From: a virus
Lineage: Duplodnaviria; Heunggongvirae; Uroviricota; Caudoviricetes
Length of the DNA stretch: 64,000 bases
Direction: 5' to 3' (one strand)
Virus record (IMG/VR): IMGVR_UViG_3300021354_000005
Location: 13,561-77,560 of that record
Shown here: one piece after another, positions 1 through 10,111 of the stretch
How the letters are laid out: every line of letters begins with the position of its first letter
How positions within the stretch are numbered: the stretch's first letter is position 1
Notes under the pieces: generated by a model
Databases searched by the model: none
What the model saw: only the letters and a program-made list of their open reading frames with translations
What the model was told of the DNA's origin: nothing
Translations under genes and position numbers: made by a program

Positions 1-152
1 GGTGGCACCTTAATTTCAGGGCCTCCTAAATTAACTATACCACCCTTAAATTGTTCAAAAGTTTCAGGAGCAGTAGTTGCCTGTTCACCAACATTTGGTA
101 AGTCAATGCCTAAAGTTGAAGGAGGAGTATTATCAGAAAGTTGATCAGCCAT
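1..152 (-). CDS. N-terminal part of a further leftward gene, unknown function; continues past the window start
   Basis: ATG at 152-150 on the minus strand, 3 nt beyond the stop of the 908-aa gene. Open frame to the window edge; begins MADQLSDNTPPSTLGIDLPNVGEQ. Confidence 0.4.
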   Translation of the reverse strand, partial: MADQLSDNTPPSTLGIDLPNVGEQATTAPETFEQFKGGIVNLGGPEIKVP

Positions 153-154
153 CT

Positions 155-2881
155 TTATTTTTTATTTTTTACAGGAACCACTTGATTTAATAATGTAGCA
201 TCCATCAATTTTACAAATGTTTCTGCAGCATCTGTATTAACAAAGTTACCATTAAAAGGAATAGGTGTAATTTTACCACTAGCATCTGTTTGATAAAACC
301 AAACAGTTGGTCGTCCAGTACCATGATCTTTAATATCAGCACCAACTATATCTGGTCTTCCTTGATCTGAAAAAGTATTACTAGGATACCAAGCTGTTTT
401 ATATGCATTAGGATTAGTTGGATCAGGATATTGAGAGTTAGTTGATCCATTCCCCCATTTCATTTGTTGTACTGTTTGAGATGGTGTAGGTTGTGCCTCA
501 ATTTTTGAATTTATATAAGTTGCATCAACTTTTGCTATAGGAAGTATTTTCTGTAGTTTACCAGATTCAAATAAACTTAATGTCCATGCTTCTCTAGGAT
601 CTGCTTCAGGATTATAATTAACTTTTAATTTAGTTTTATCTCTATCTGCTTCTGGTCCTGCAAGAGCAGCATCAAAAGGAGTAGTATCCATAACACCATT
701 ATATTTACTTAATACACTTTTTATTCTTTGATTTGTAGATTTTATTTCAGGTTCTTTTGCATTTTCACCATAAATTTCAAATCCTTGAGTACCAGCAGTA
801 ACCATTTTATCTTTTAACACAGCTTCTTTTGCAGCTATGTTTTCTCTATGTGCACCTGAGGTTATCATGCTTGTAGCAGCATTTAATGCAGATATAGTAG
901 CAGGATCTATAGTAGCAGGAGTAATTCCACCATCTTCACTTCTATATCCATAGAACTGTTGTCTTATATGAGAAAAAGGCATTCCAAATTTAGCTTCTAC
1001 TGCTTGTCTAGCATTATCAACTAATTTATTAGCATTCACATCTGTGCCTGCAGGAAGATGTGCTCCTGTGGCAATATTTAATAAATCATTAGGAGTGATG
1101 TTAAAAGTCTTTTTAGTAGGAGTACTAAATGGATTTAATGGTGAAAAGAAACCTTGTGGTTCTTCAATACTAACTGATCTATTACCACCCAACTTTGATT
1201 CAAATTGTTTTATATCACCACTAGTTGCTGCCACTCTAGGATCTTTTTCTAACTCTTCTATTTTATGAGCATTCACTTGTACCTGTCTTTGAGCAGCATT
1301 AAGTGCAGGAAGTTGTTGTACAAGACCTGCATAATATGTACTATTTTGATTTTTAGTAACTGCGTCTTTAGCTATGTCAACTTGTTGATCTAAGAATCTA
1401 GGATTATCTGCAACTTGTTTATTAAATTCTGCTATGATTTTTTTATCATCACCTTCTCCTTGACTATGATGTAATGCTAAATAATAGTTCTGAACAAAGT
1501 TTCTTTTAGTGTCATCATATAGATCACTATCAGTTTTTGTCTTAGTTAAGAATGTAGCATATGCAGGGAATTGTCCAGCAATTGGTTCTAGTTGAGGAAG
1601 AACAGGAGCATCTGAATATTCTTTTTCAAACTTCTTTTCAGCTAAATCTTGAGCTCTTCCAGCTATTTTTAAATGACCTCTAGCAACAAGTAAATTACCT
1701 TGAGCAACAGCAATATCTGCTTGTTTAGCAGTTATATCAAAAGCTTGTTTGATTGTTTGTTGATGAGCTTCATAAGGAGCACTCTTCTCATAAGTTTCAC
1801 TTATAGAAGGATTAAACATATTCAAATAGTTACTTGTAATCTTCTTTTGATATATAGAAGCTTTTAATGCATCTAAATTTCTATCACCATATTGTTTATA
1901 AATATCACGAAGATTAGTTGCTTCTTTATTTATATTATTTATCTTATCATCCATTTTACTAGCTAAAAGCTCATAGGATCCTTTCTCATCTGAGTTACTT
2001 GCAGAATTGGCTTTTTTAAGATAGTCCATTTTCTGTGCATTCAAACTAGTTAAAAGATCTTTGTTTGCTACTAAAGCTTGATTACCTAAATACCCTGCAA
2101 ACTCTTCTGCATTATCATATCCTCTATATTCATACATTCCTCTAACAGCTAATGCTTTCTGTACGTCTGGTCTATCCATAGCAGTTTGAATAGCACTTAT
2201 TACATTTTGAGGAAGTTTACCTTCCCTAATTGTTTTTACAGTGTATTCAGAAAGTTTTGGAACTCCATTTATATCCTTTTGAATAGTACCATCTGAATTT
2301 GTAACAAATATTTGTTCTGCTGTATACTTACCATTCTCAACCAGCTTTAACTGATCTGCTATAATCTTATCAGCATCTACAGTTTTTTCATACTGAGAAT
2401 TAAGCATTATAGGATTTCCCTTTTCATCAGTTAACTTATCATTTGAAAGATAAGTATTACGTTGTTTAGTATATAACCATTCATCTTGAGAAGCCAATTT
2501 ACCTTCTTTTCTATCAGCTTCCATTTGAGCTAGATTCTTTTTATCCAAACTAGCAGAGTATGTAGCAGCTTTAATAATAGGATCTTTAACAATGTTTGTA
2601 GCCATACCCCCCACAGAGTTAACTAATTGCTGATTAGAGAAATCTCCAGCAGCTACACTCTTAAGATTGCTACCTAATTCATTAAGTTTAGATTGCATAT
2701 ATTCTTTATCCTGAGGACGCAATACATCCATTCCAGCTACATTATCAATGTAGCCTTGAACTTTTTGCACACCCTGGTTATATTGAGCCTGCTTTTGCAT
2801 GCCAACTTGCACCATAGCTTCTGTGGGAAGCTGTTGGATGTAAGGATTAAAGGTTGATATCGTATCTGTAAAACTTGCCAT
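155..2881 (-). CDS. large virion or tail-associated protein (908 aa), unknown function
   Basis: Long uninterrupted ORF in the late operon with no recognisable catalytic motif. N-terminal octapeptide MASFTDTI resembles that of the adjacent GIY-YIG ORF. Confidence 0.55.
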   Translation of the reverse strand: MASFTDTISTFNPYIQQLPTEAMVQVGMQKQAQYNQGVQKVQGYIDNVAGMDVLRPQDKEYMQSKLNELGSNLKSVAAGDFSNQQLVNSVGGMATNIVKDPIIKAATYSASLDKKNLAQMEADRKEGKLASQDEWLYTKQRNTYLSNDKLTDEKGNPIMLNSQYEKTVDADKIIADQLKLVENGKYTAEQIFVTNSDGTIQKDINGVPKLSEYTVKTIREGKLPQNVISAIQTAMDRPDVQKALAVRGMYEYRGYDNAEEFAGYLGNQALVANKDLLTSLNAQKMDYLKKANSASNSDEKGSYELLASKMDDKINNINKEATNLRDIYKQYGDRNLDALKASIYQKKITSNYLNMFNPSISETYEKSAPYEAHQQTIKQAFDITAKQADIAVAQGNLLVARGHLKIAGRAQDLAEKKFEKEYSDAPVLPQLEPIAGQFPAYATFLTKTKTDSDLYDDTKRNFVQNYYLALHHSQGEGDDKKIIAEFNKQVADNPRFLDQQVDIAKDAVTKNQNSTYYAGLVQQLPALNAAQRQVQVNAHKIEELEKDPRVAATSGDIKQFESKLGGNRSVSIEEPQGFFSPLNPFSTPTKKTFNITPNDLLNIATGAHLPAGTDVNANKLVDNARQAVEAKFGMPFSHIRQQFYGYRSEDGGITPATIDPATISALNAATSMITSGAHRENIAAKEAVLKDKMVTAGTQGFEIYGENAKEPEIKSTNQRIKSVLSKYNGVMDTTPFDAALAGPEADRDKTKLKVNYNPEADPREAWTLSLFESGKLQKILPIAKVDATYINSKIEAQPTPSQTVQQMKWGNGSTNSQYPDPTNPNAYKTAWYPSNTFSDQGRPDIVGADIKDHGTGRPTVWFYQTDASGKITPIPFNGNFVNTDAAETFVKLMDATLLNQVVPVKNKK

Positions 2882-2882
2882 T

Positions 2883-3500
2883 TTATATTTCTTTATATTT
2901 GAAAACGTATCCTCCAGCAGATTTAGCTAGTCCTGATAGATTGTTTTTAATTCCTGATTTTTTAACTCCAGTAAATTCAGAAGCTTCACTAGAAAAGTTA
3001 CATACATAAACTTTTTTACCGTCTTTTGTATAAACTTCTATTTCTTTTATAAAACCATATTTTGTAGATAACATTCTTAACTTTTCTTCTTTAGATTTAT
3101 GAGTTCCTATTAAACTTTGAGCAGCTAATTTTTGTATCTCTCTGATTCTCAACTTGTTATCTTCTTTATTACTTCTTGTTTTTATTTTACTAATAGATTC
3201 TGGAGTGTGGCTAAAACTAGCATTTTTACCACCAGGTTTAATATTATATCCTATTTTTGGATCTTTAGAATTAAATAAATTGATGTAAAACTCTTCCCAT
3301 TTATTTAATTCTTCTACACAAGATATTTTAGATAATAGAACTATTTTATTAAAATTACATTTTCCATATTTTCTAATAGCTAATTTAATAGCTTTACCAC
3401 TTCCTATATAGAATTTTTTATCAATTCCTGTCTGACCAATATAAATTTTTCCATTTATTTGGTTGATAGTAAGATATATTGTTCCTGTAAATGAAGCCAT
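2883..3500 (-). CDS. GIY-YIG homing endonuclease (free-standing)
   Basis: N-terminus TIYLTINQINGKIYIGQT, then YIGSG and a conserved N. This is the classic GIY-(10-11 aa)-YIG module of I-TevI/Seg-type endonucleases. 205 aa, basic. Confidence 0.8.
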   Translation of the reverse strand: MASFTGTIYLTINQINGKIYIGQTGIDKKFYIGSGKAIKLAIRKYGKCNFNKIVLLSKISCVEELNKWEEFYINLFNSKDPKIGYNIKPGGKNASFSHTPESISKIKTRSNKEDNKLRIREIQKLAAQSLIGTHKSKEEKLRMLSTKYGFIKEIEVYTKDGKKVYVCNFSSEASEFTGVKKSGIKNNLSGLAKSAGGYVFKYKEI

Positions 3501-3586
3501 AATAATAGAATTAGCAAATGTAATTTAAAATATAATATATACCAAGAGCAATAATAGATTTTGTTAATTTGGTATAACTGAATTAG

Positions 3587-6427
3587 TTAGAGAGATTTCA
3601 TAGCTTTTACAATAGCACCATTTCTAGCTTTAAGTTTAGCACCACTCTTAGCAGCTTTTTCTTTCTTCATATCTTCTACATTGCCTGCAGCATCATATAA
3701 GAATTTGAATCCTGCAGGAGCTTGTTGTCTCCCAGAGTTAGAATTACCAGTACCAGCCAAGTTAAATTGATAAGGATCATTAACATTGTAAGCTACACCA
3801 CTTGGAGAGAATCTATAATTGTATAAGTTCTCTTTGATAGCAAGATCACGATTCTCCATTTGATTTTGTAACTTCTTAGCAGCAAGAGATTTAGCAATTT
3901 CAATAGCTTGTTGTTTGGTCTTAGAGCTAGCTTCAGATTGTCTAGTATATTGATTATCAAGGATTTGTAAATTTTTTAACTGAGCATCATTTAATGTAGC
4001 TCTATTAGCTGCATATGTTTGATCAGCTGCTCCTTGATTCATTCTAAACTGTTCTCCTAGCACTCTATTCTTAGCATCAATAGCATTAGCTTGTATTTGA
4101 GCTTGAGCAGCAGGATTTTCTCCCATAGCTCTTATAGCAGCTCTAGACTGAGCATCTATTGTATTAATTTGATCTTGTAAAGAGATTCTAGAAGGTTGGT
4201 CTTTTAACATTGGTTGGAATGTCTGAGCTTTAACAGCTTCAGGTTGATTCAATGCTAATGCCATCATTTCAGGATATGTCTGACTAGGATCTAAAGGTCT
4301 TTGATTTGTAGGTCTTACAAAAGGCATTACATTAGATAATACAGCTGGACCATATTTATCAAATCCTTTTCCAAGAGTTTTACCTACTTTCTTTGTTATG
4401 TCCCATGCTTTTTGACCAAATCCAGGACCACTAGCTGGTTGACTAGTTGGTTGACTAGCTGATGACATATTAAAAGCACTATCAAAAGCATAATTTGGAC
4501 TACGTTGATCTGTTAAATTAGCAAACTCTGGAACACTAGGTCCTCCAATAGAATTAGATGATGTTGCTTCTTGTGAACTTATAGTTGGTAAATTATCATC
4601 AGTATATTTATATGGAATAATATCATCATAATGTTTATAATTAGGTCCTAAAGCTCTTCTTACAATATCGTCTGCTACTACTTTACCATCTGCAGCTTTA
4701 CTTAATTTCTTACCAAACTTAGCTTGTTTGATTTTACCCTTAGCTAAAGAATCAGAATCTAATCCATGTTCTGCTGCTATATCAAGAATTGCACTTTGTT
4801 TACCAGCAAGGTCTTTTAATTTCATAGAGTTTTGTTGTAATTTCATATCTGTTCCAATTGATGTAGCTATAGAACTATTCATTTTAAATTGATCATATGG
4901 TGTATGTCCTTGATATTCAGCTGCTTTAGCTATAGCTTTATCTTTAAGTTTTGTTTGTTTATTATTGTTTTCAGCTATGTCCTTGGCTAACACTTTATAC
5001 TTCTTACCACTTTCATCTTCTATCATATTACCAAATACCACTGCATCTTGTTGATTACCACCATTATCCATTTTAACTATTGGTTCATTTCTTTCAACCT
5101 CTACAGGATTATTACCATATGTAATACCAATACCTGTTCTTCCTTTGCCATCTGATTCCTCATGAGAATTTCCTTTAGGCATAACAATTTCACTAGCATC
5201 ATATGGATTATGAGATATGGTTTCTAATCCACCCCCCCAATGAGATTGTAACTCACCACCTAAAGCCATATTAGGTCTTCCTGTAAACATAGCTTCTGCA
5301 CTAGGAGGTGTATATTCTTTTAAATGTCCACCAGCTCTTAATGAATCCATTCCTTGATGAGCAAAGTTATGTACTTGAGATACATTCATATCACCAAAAT
5401 GTGTAATCACTTGTGGCTGCCAGTCATGACTCATCCATTTGTGTTCACTATCTATATATCCACCATCTTCCATATTTGCTGAATTAGCAGAATGAAGAGC
5501 ATTTGCTCCTGATGCAAATGCAGCTCTTTGTGTATTTTGTTGTGTAGCATCTTGATATCTATGAAGTTTATTCATATCATCAGCACCACCTAATAGATTA
5601 CCAGCAACATTACCTAAAAGCTTTCCTGCCATTCCTCCAAGAGGTCCAAATAATGCTGTGCCTATAGCTTGACCTGCAGCACCACCAATCTCAGCTTGAC
5701 CTGAATCTTGGAAGTAATCACCAAACTCTGCTGTAGGAATATATCCACCTTTTTTATATTTTTTAGTATTACTATCATTTAAAGGTTCATATCCAAGATC
5801 ACCATATAAGTCTCCTGTAGGAGCATATGTATTTTGTATTTGTGTTGGATTACCACCTATCATTGTACCATTAGCTGCACTTAAAAAGTTTGTTCCTACT
5901 CCTGTACCTCCAGAATTTATTATTGGAGCTTCCACATATTTACGTTTCATTTGTTCAGGTCTTGATTCAGCAGCAGATGCTACCACTTGACTAACTTGAG
6001 CAGCTTGATTAGCTTTTTTAATATCATCATTTTGTTGACCTATCTTTTGAGCACCAGCTATAATTCCAGGTAATGCACCAACACCAGCCATAGCTGCACC
6101 TGCATAATCAAATCCACCAGCACCTGGAGCTTTATCAGCAAATCCTAAAGCGTCTGTTTGTGTTTTACTAACTGTACCACTTGCACTATTAATCATTCCT
6201 GTTGATGGATCAGAAGTAGCTCCACCACCTAACCAGCCAACTTGTGCTTTAGGAGGATTACCAAAATCAGTTAGTTGATGTAATTGTGTATTCACCATTT
6301 TACTACCCATTTCAGCTTTTTTAAGTTGCTTACCATATTTAGCTTTAAATGATTCTTCTGTAGGAAACTTGTTATAAAATTCCTTTTCAGATTTAACTCC
6401 AGCCATCTTTAAAATTTGATCTTTCAT
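3587..6427 (-). CDS. Gly/Ala/Gln-rich large virion protein (946 aa); candidate ejected internal protein or tape-measure-like protein
   Basis: Long ORF with glycine-rich GxxxG tracts, a His-rich segment (SHDWQP...HFGD...HNFAHQG) and a C-terminal coiled coil rich in Q/A/N. Confidence 0.45.
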   Translation of the reverse strand: MKDQILKMAGVKSEKEFYNKFPTEESFKAKYGKQLKKAEMGSKMVNTQLHQLTDFGNPPKAQVGWLGGGATSDPSTGMINSASGTVSKTQTDALGFADKAPGAGGFDYAGAAMAGVGALPGIIAGAQKIGQQNDDIKKANQAAQVSQVVASAAESRPEQMKRKYVEAPIINSGGTGVGTNFLSAANGTMIGGNPTQIQNTYAPTGDLYGDLGYEPLNDSNTKKYKKGGYIPTAEFGDYFQDSGQAEIGGAAGQAIGTALFGPLGGMAGKLLGNVAGNLLGGADDMNKLHRYQDATQQNTQRAAFASGANALHSANSANMEDGGYIDSEHKWMSHDWQPQVITHFGDMNVSQVHNFAHQGMDSLRAGGHLKEYTPPSAEAMFTGRPNMALGGELQSHWGGGLETISHNPYDASEIVMPKGNSHEESDGKGRTGIGITYGNNPVEVERNEPIVKMDNGGNQQDAVVFGNMIEDESGKKYKVLAKDIAENNNKQTKLKDKAIAKAAEYQGHTPYDQFKMNSSIATSIGTDMKLQQNSMKLKDLAGKQSAILDIAAEHGLDSDSLAKGKIKQAKFGKKLSKAADGKVVADDIVRRALGPNYKHYDDIIPYKYTDDNLPTISSQEATSSNSIGGPSVPEFANLTDQRSPNYAFDSAFNMSSASQPTSQPASGPGFGQKAWDITKKVGKTLGKGFDKYGPAVLSNVMPFVRPTNQRPLDPSQTYPEMMALALNQPEAVKAQTFQPMLKDQPSRISLQDQINTIDAQSRAAIRAMGENPAAQAQIQANAIDAKNRVLGEQFRMNQGAADQTYAANRATLNDAQLKNLQILDNQYTRQSEASSKTKQQAIEIAKSLAAKKLQNQMENRDLAIKENLYNYRFSPSGVAYNVNDPYQFNLAGTGNSNSGRQQAPAGFKFLYDAAGNVEDMKKEKAAKSGAKLKARNGAIVKAMKSL

Positions 6428-6445
6428 ATCGAACGTTTGTATGAT

Positions 6446-9001
6446 TTATTTGTATTTATTCAGCCAGCCACCATTTTTATTATCTTCAAAATATCTAGGT
6501 TCCATTCCTTTAGGAATATCTCTTGAAGCATTTGGATTACCTACAGGACTATTTGCATATGCCTCAGGATTGAAGTTTGGATTTCTTTTAGCAAATCCAG
6601 GTTCTTCCCAATAGTTAATGGGCCCTCTTGTAACTCGTTGTGTAATAGTTGGTTTAGGAACTTCTTTATATCCTTTTAACCAATCTTGTTTATATATTTT
6701 TAAATTAGGATTGTCTATTCCTATTTTATCTCTAGCTACAAATATATTTGGATCAGGAGCATAATAAGCATGACTATTCTTTGCCATTCTACTCCCTATT
6801 TGATTATTACTTTGCACTTCTAACATGTGAGGACCTTGATATGTACCACCTTCCATAACTGAACTACTATATCTATTATCTATTGGAGTTCCTTTAGAGA
6901 AAAATGGATATCCATCTTTATAAAAACTTTGTTGATTGTTTCTTACAATTCCAGATGTTTGTAAATCTTCTAATCCAGCATCACCTATCATCCTATAATA
7001 ATTTTCAGAATTAGGTGTAAACGCATAAGGGTTTAATTTATAAGCATTCTTTAAAGCTGTCTCTTCTGTAAGATATTTACCTGCAAACTTTCCTGCTGCC
7101 ATCCCACCTTCAACTAATGCTGCAAACTCCATAGCATCTTGCATATTTGCAGCACCTTTACTAGCAGCCATTCTATTTAATGGGGCATTTTGCTCAGCTA
7201 ATCTTTGTTGTTTCTCTCTATCTAATCTTTCAGTTTCTCCTGCTTTAGGAGTGTATTGAGACATTGTAGATCTGTTAGTATTTTGTCTAGCTAAGAACTC
7301 TTCAGCTTGTTTCTTTAAATCTACATTTAATCTTGTACCATCTTGAGCCATTGGGTATTCTGTAACCTTCTTACCATCAAACTTATAGTGTTGATCAGGA
7401 TACATCATTTGCTGATGTCCTGTATCAGATACACCAAGAACAGGATAATCAACTCCTTCCATTGTAATATTATTAGAATTGATTCTTGTTACCTCACCTG
7501 GATGAGCCCATTGACCCATATCATCTTCAATTACAGAACCATTCTTACTTATAGTCTTAGGAGTGAAATCTAATCCATTCTGATAGAAACTCATTTCCTT
7601 GCCATTCTGGGCACTTGCTTTTGTCTTCTTAGTATACTTACCATTAGCAGGAGCTGAGCCAGCTGTGCGTGCGTATGTGAATCCTACAGCACCTGGCATA
7701 CTTCCACCCATTTGCATTTTTGGTTTTCCTGTCTTAGGATCTATTTTACTTAATACATTAGTTCCCATTTTATATCCAGAGGTATTATCTATAGATGAAG
7801 CAAACCATTCAGCTTGTTCAGGTGTCTTAAAATTTATATATTCTCCTGTAGAATCTGCATAATCATATCCTTTATCACCAGGAAGATATTGAAGTTTACC
7901 ATGTATGTTTACCACTTCAGGATAAGCTCTAGTTTTATAATTAGCCATATAGTGTGTACTTCTACCATGTTCGCCAGGTATTTGTATACTTCCTAAACTA
8001 GGATCATATAGTCTATGCACAAAGTCTAGATTCTTATTAGCATTTAATGTACTATCTACAAAAGCTTTTTTATCTGTGTTCCATAAATTACCACCATTCT
8101 GAAACTGTCCACCCCATGCAGGAGACTTCCAATTAGATGCACCATAACCAAGTCCTACAAATCCAGGACCTGTAGAATCTTTAGCATCATTATAGTTACT
8201 CTGTTTACCATAGTTATCATGAATCTTTTCTAATACCATTCCACCTTGCTCATATTTATTTAACCAGCCCCCATTCTCTTTCTTAGGCTCATCTTTAGCA
8301 TTTAAGAACTTTTTGGTAGTCTTATCAGTCCATTGTCCACCTGTGTCATGAAGAGCTTTAAATGCTCTTGTCACCTTACTGTGTGTAACTATGTCATCAT
8401 CTTTAGGAGCATTATCTGCAAATTTAAATGCTTTCTCCATTCTAGCTTTAAAGCTATCAAAAGATTCTCCACCAGGAACAGGAGTGCTAGATTTAGCAGC
8501 CCATTGCTTTTCTTTAAAGCTTCCTTCTGGAGCTCCATCATATTCACCAATATCCCATGTTCTTAACACAGGATTGTTGTACACAGGTAAGTTTGCTGTT
8601 TGTCCAATAACATCTGCTGTTTCTTTAGCTCTTTGTATATCACTTGTAATAACAGCTTTCTTTCCTCTCTTTAGAGCTTCTTCACCAACACTCTTTGCAT
8701 ACTCAACTCCTTTCTTTGTAAGATTTGTTGGATTAACTCCATTCTCTTCTTTATCTGCTGTAGCTGTATCTTCTCCATGTTCAAATACTTCTGTTCCATT
8801 AATTCTTATTGGAGCAGCTTTAGGACCAACAACATCTCCACCATTAGCATATTTATCTAACCATCCTCCATCTTTATATGGTTTAGCACCTCCAGAGATA
8901 GCTCCAAAAAATCTTCTTTGCTTATCTGTAAGAGGATGCCCATGAACAGATTTGTCATGTAGAATTTCTCTAGCTTTATTTGATGTTAAACTCTTTGCCA
9001 T
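6446..9001 (-). CDS. large virion protein (851 aa) with GGWLNKY repeats and a degenerate histidine-phosphatase-like segment
   Basis: GGWL(D/N)KY occurs three times, including the extreme C-terminus. Segment EHGED...LTKKGVEYAKSVGEEAL...AVITSDIQRAKETA resembles the RHGE...SPLxRAxQTA core of the PGAM/SixA histidine phosphatase fold, with the Arg replaced by Glu. Confidence 0.45.
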   Translation of the reverse strand: MAKSLTSNKAREILHDKSVHGHPLTDKQRRFFGAISGGAKPYKDGGWLDKYANGGDVVGPKAAPIRINGTEVFEHGEDTATADKEENGVNPTNLTKKGVEYAKSVGEEALKRGKKAVITSDIQRAKETADVIGQTANLPVYNNPVLRTWDIGEYDGAPEGSFKEKQWAAKSSTPVPGGESFDSFKARMEKAFKFADNAPKDDDIVTHSKVTRAFKALHDTGGQWTDKTTKKFLNAKDEPKKENGGWLNKYEQGGMVLEKIHDNYGKQSNYNDAKDSTGPGFVGLGYGASNWKSPAWGGQFQNGGNLWNTDKKAFVDSTLNANKNLDFVHRLYDPSLGSIQIPGEHGRSTHYMANYKTRAYPEVVNIHGKLQYLPGDKGYDYADSTGEYINFKTPEQAEWFASSIDNTSGYKMGTNVLSKIDPKTGKPKMQMGGSMPGAVGFTYARTAGSAPANGKYTKKTKASAQNGKEMSFYQNGLDFTPKTISKNGSVIEDDMGQWAHPGEVTRINSNNITMEGVDYPVLGVSDTGHQQMMYPDQHYKFDGKKVTEYPMAQDGTRLNVDLKKQAEEFLARQNTNRSTMSQYTPKAGETERLDREKQQRLAEQNAPLNRMAASKGAANMQDAMEFAALVEGGMAAGKFAGKYLTEETALKNAYKLNPYAFTPNSENYYRMIGDAGLEDLQTSGIVRNNQQSFYKDGYPFFSKGTPIDNRYSSSVMEGGTYQGPHMLEVQSNNQIGSRMAKNSHAYYAPDPNIFVARDKIGIDNPNLKIYKQDWLKGYKEVPKPTITQRVTRGPINYWEEPGFAKRNPNFNPEAYANSPVGNPNASRDIPKGMEPRYFEDNKNGGWLNKYK

Positions 9002-9864
9002 TATTTAAATGAAATTTCAGCAGGTGTAACAATGAATCCACTAATTAGATGCAAATCAGATTTGTTATCTAGTATGTGTCTCACCTTCAAGAACTTAGCT
9101 CTTAAAGGTTCTTTCTTATATGAACGTTTACCATAATCCATGTTAGCTTGATTTAACACTTTATCTATTGATAAAGACTCACAACTGGTTAAGAACAAAG
9201 GTACGGTTTTATCTTTAACTAATCCCCAGAATGTATTATATTGATAGAAGCCATCTGACTTAGCATACATGATTGTTTTACTATCAGTGTTGTATATAGG
9301 ATAGCTCATGTATGATTGTAAGTTACGCAATGGTTTAGGAACCAAGTTTAACAAACCAGAACATTGTTGACCATTATATAAAATGGCTTTATTAAAATAA
9401 CCATTAATTTCTATAGATGAGTTATCATTGTATGCTCCACTAGTGCTAGGAAGATACTTAATAGCTCTGGTATAGTCTTTTACATTTTGTAATATTTCAT
9501 CATATGATTGATATGCAAATGGGTATTCTAGAATGAACGGTTCTATATTATCATAATATGTGTTATATATAGTTGAAGAATATAGATGTTTCCATATAGT
9601 AGCTGTATTGGTAGGTATAAATTGTATAGCAGCAATCTGTTCTTGTGTAAGTGCTCCTATAGGAAGTTCTACTAATGTATGACATTTACCAGTGGATTGT
9701 AATATAATTGTAGTAACACTATCAGAAACACTCACTGTATATCCATCAATAAGATCTTCCTTAGATATATCTACACCTAAGACATCACCTAGATTATCTA
9801 GAATAGTGAATGGTCCTGTTCTGTTTCCAGCTGCTGTTAATTTTACTATTACTACTTTAGACAT
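9001..9864 (-). CDS. tail-associated protein carrying the shared ~70-aa N-terminal TGPF domain
   Basis: Track ORF extends to 9906. The paralog domain starts at the internal Met (MSKVVIVKLTAAGNRTGPF), so the start is more likely 9864. Domain is shared with the ORFs at 9870-10088, 10112-10732 and 19182-19763. Confidence 0.5.
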   Translation of the reverse strand: MSKVVIVKLTAAGNRTGPFTILDNLGDVLGVDISKEDLIDGYTVSVSDSVTTIILQSTGKCHTLVELPIGALTQEQIAAIQFIPTNTATIWKHLYSSTIYNTYYDNIEPFILEYPFAYQSYDEILQNVKDYTRAIKYLPSTSGAYNDNSSIEINGYFNKAILYNGQQCSGLLNLVPKPLRNLQSYMSYPIYNTDSKTIMYAKSDGFYQYNTFWGLVKDKTVPLFLTSCESLSIDKVLNQANMDYGKRSYKKEPLRAKFLKVRHILDNKSDLHLISGFIVTPAEISFK

Positions 9865-9869
9865 TTGTA

Positions 9870-10088
9870 TTATGGAATTATAGATAATGTTAATGCATTT
9901 GTACAAGTACCTGTTGATGTAACAATTATTTGAGTAGCAGTATTATCTACTACTACATTAACACCAGGACTTAGTAAATCTGTTAGTGTAGCTGTTGATG
10001 GAGATACTACACCCACATCTGCTGTAAGGTTAAAATTAGGTCCTAAATCAGAACCTAATCCTTGATTTAAAACAACTATTACATTCAT
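9870..10088 (-). CDS. stand-alone copy of the shared TGPF N-terminal domain (72 aa)
   Basis: MNVIVVLNQGLGSDLGPNF...IIVTSTGTCTNALTLSI aligns with the N-terminal ~70 aa of three neighbouring proteins. Confidence 0.45.
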   Translation of the reverse strand: MNVIVVLNQGLGSDLGPNFNLTADVGVVSPSTATLTDLLSPGVNVVVDNTATQIIVTSTGTCTNALTLSIIP

Positions 10089-10111
10089 ATTATTTAATTT
10101 TATATATTAAT

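Noticed and set aside
1044-1268. 74-aa plus-strand ORF inside the 908-aa gene
   Set aside because: Nested antisense ORF with no start context.
7343-8945. Several 60-184-aa plus-strand ORFs inside the 851-aa gene (7343-7573, 7599-7862, 7814-7996, 8333-8566, 8391-8945)
   Set aside because: Entirely nested antisense to a long, well-supported ORF. Hydrophobic low-complexity translations typical of the antisense frame of AT-rich genes.
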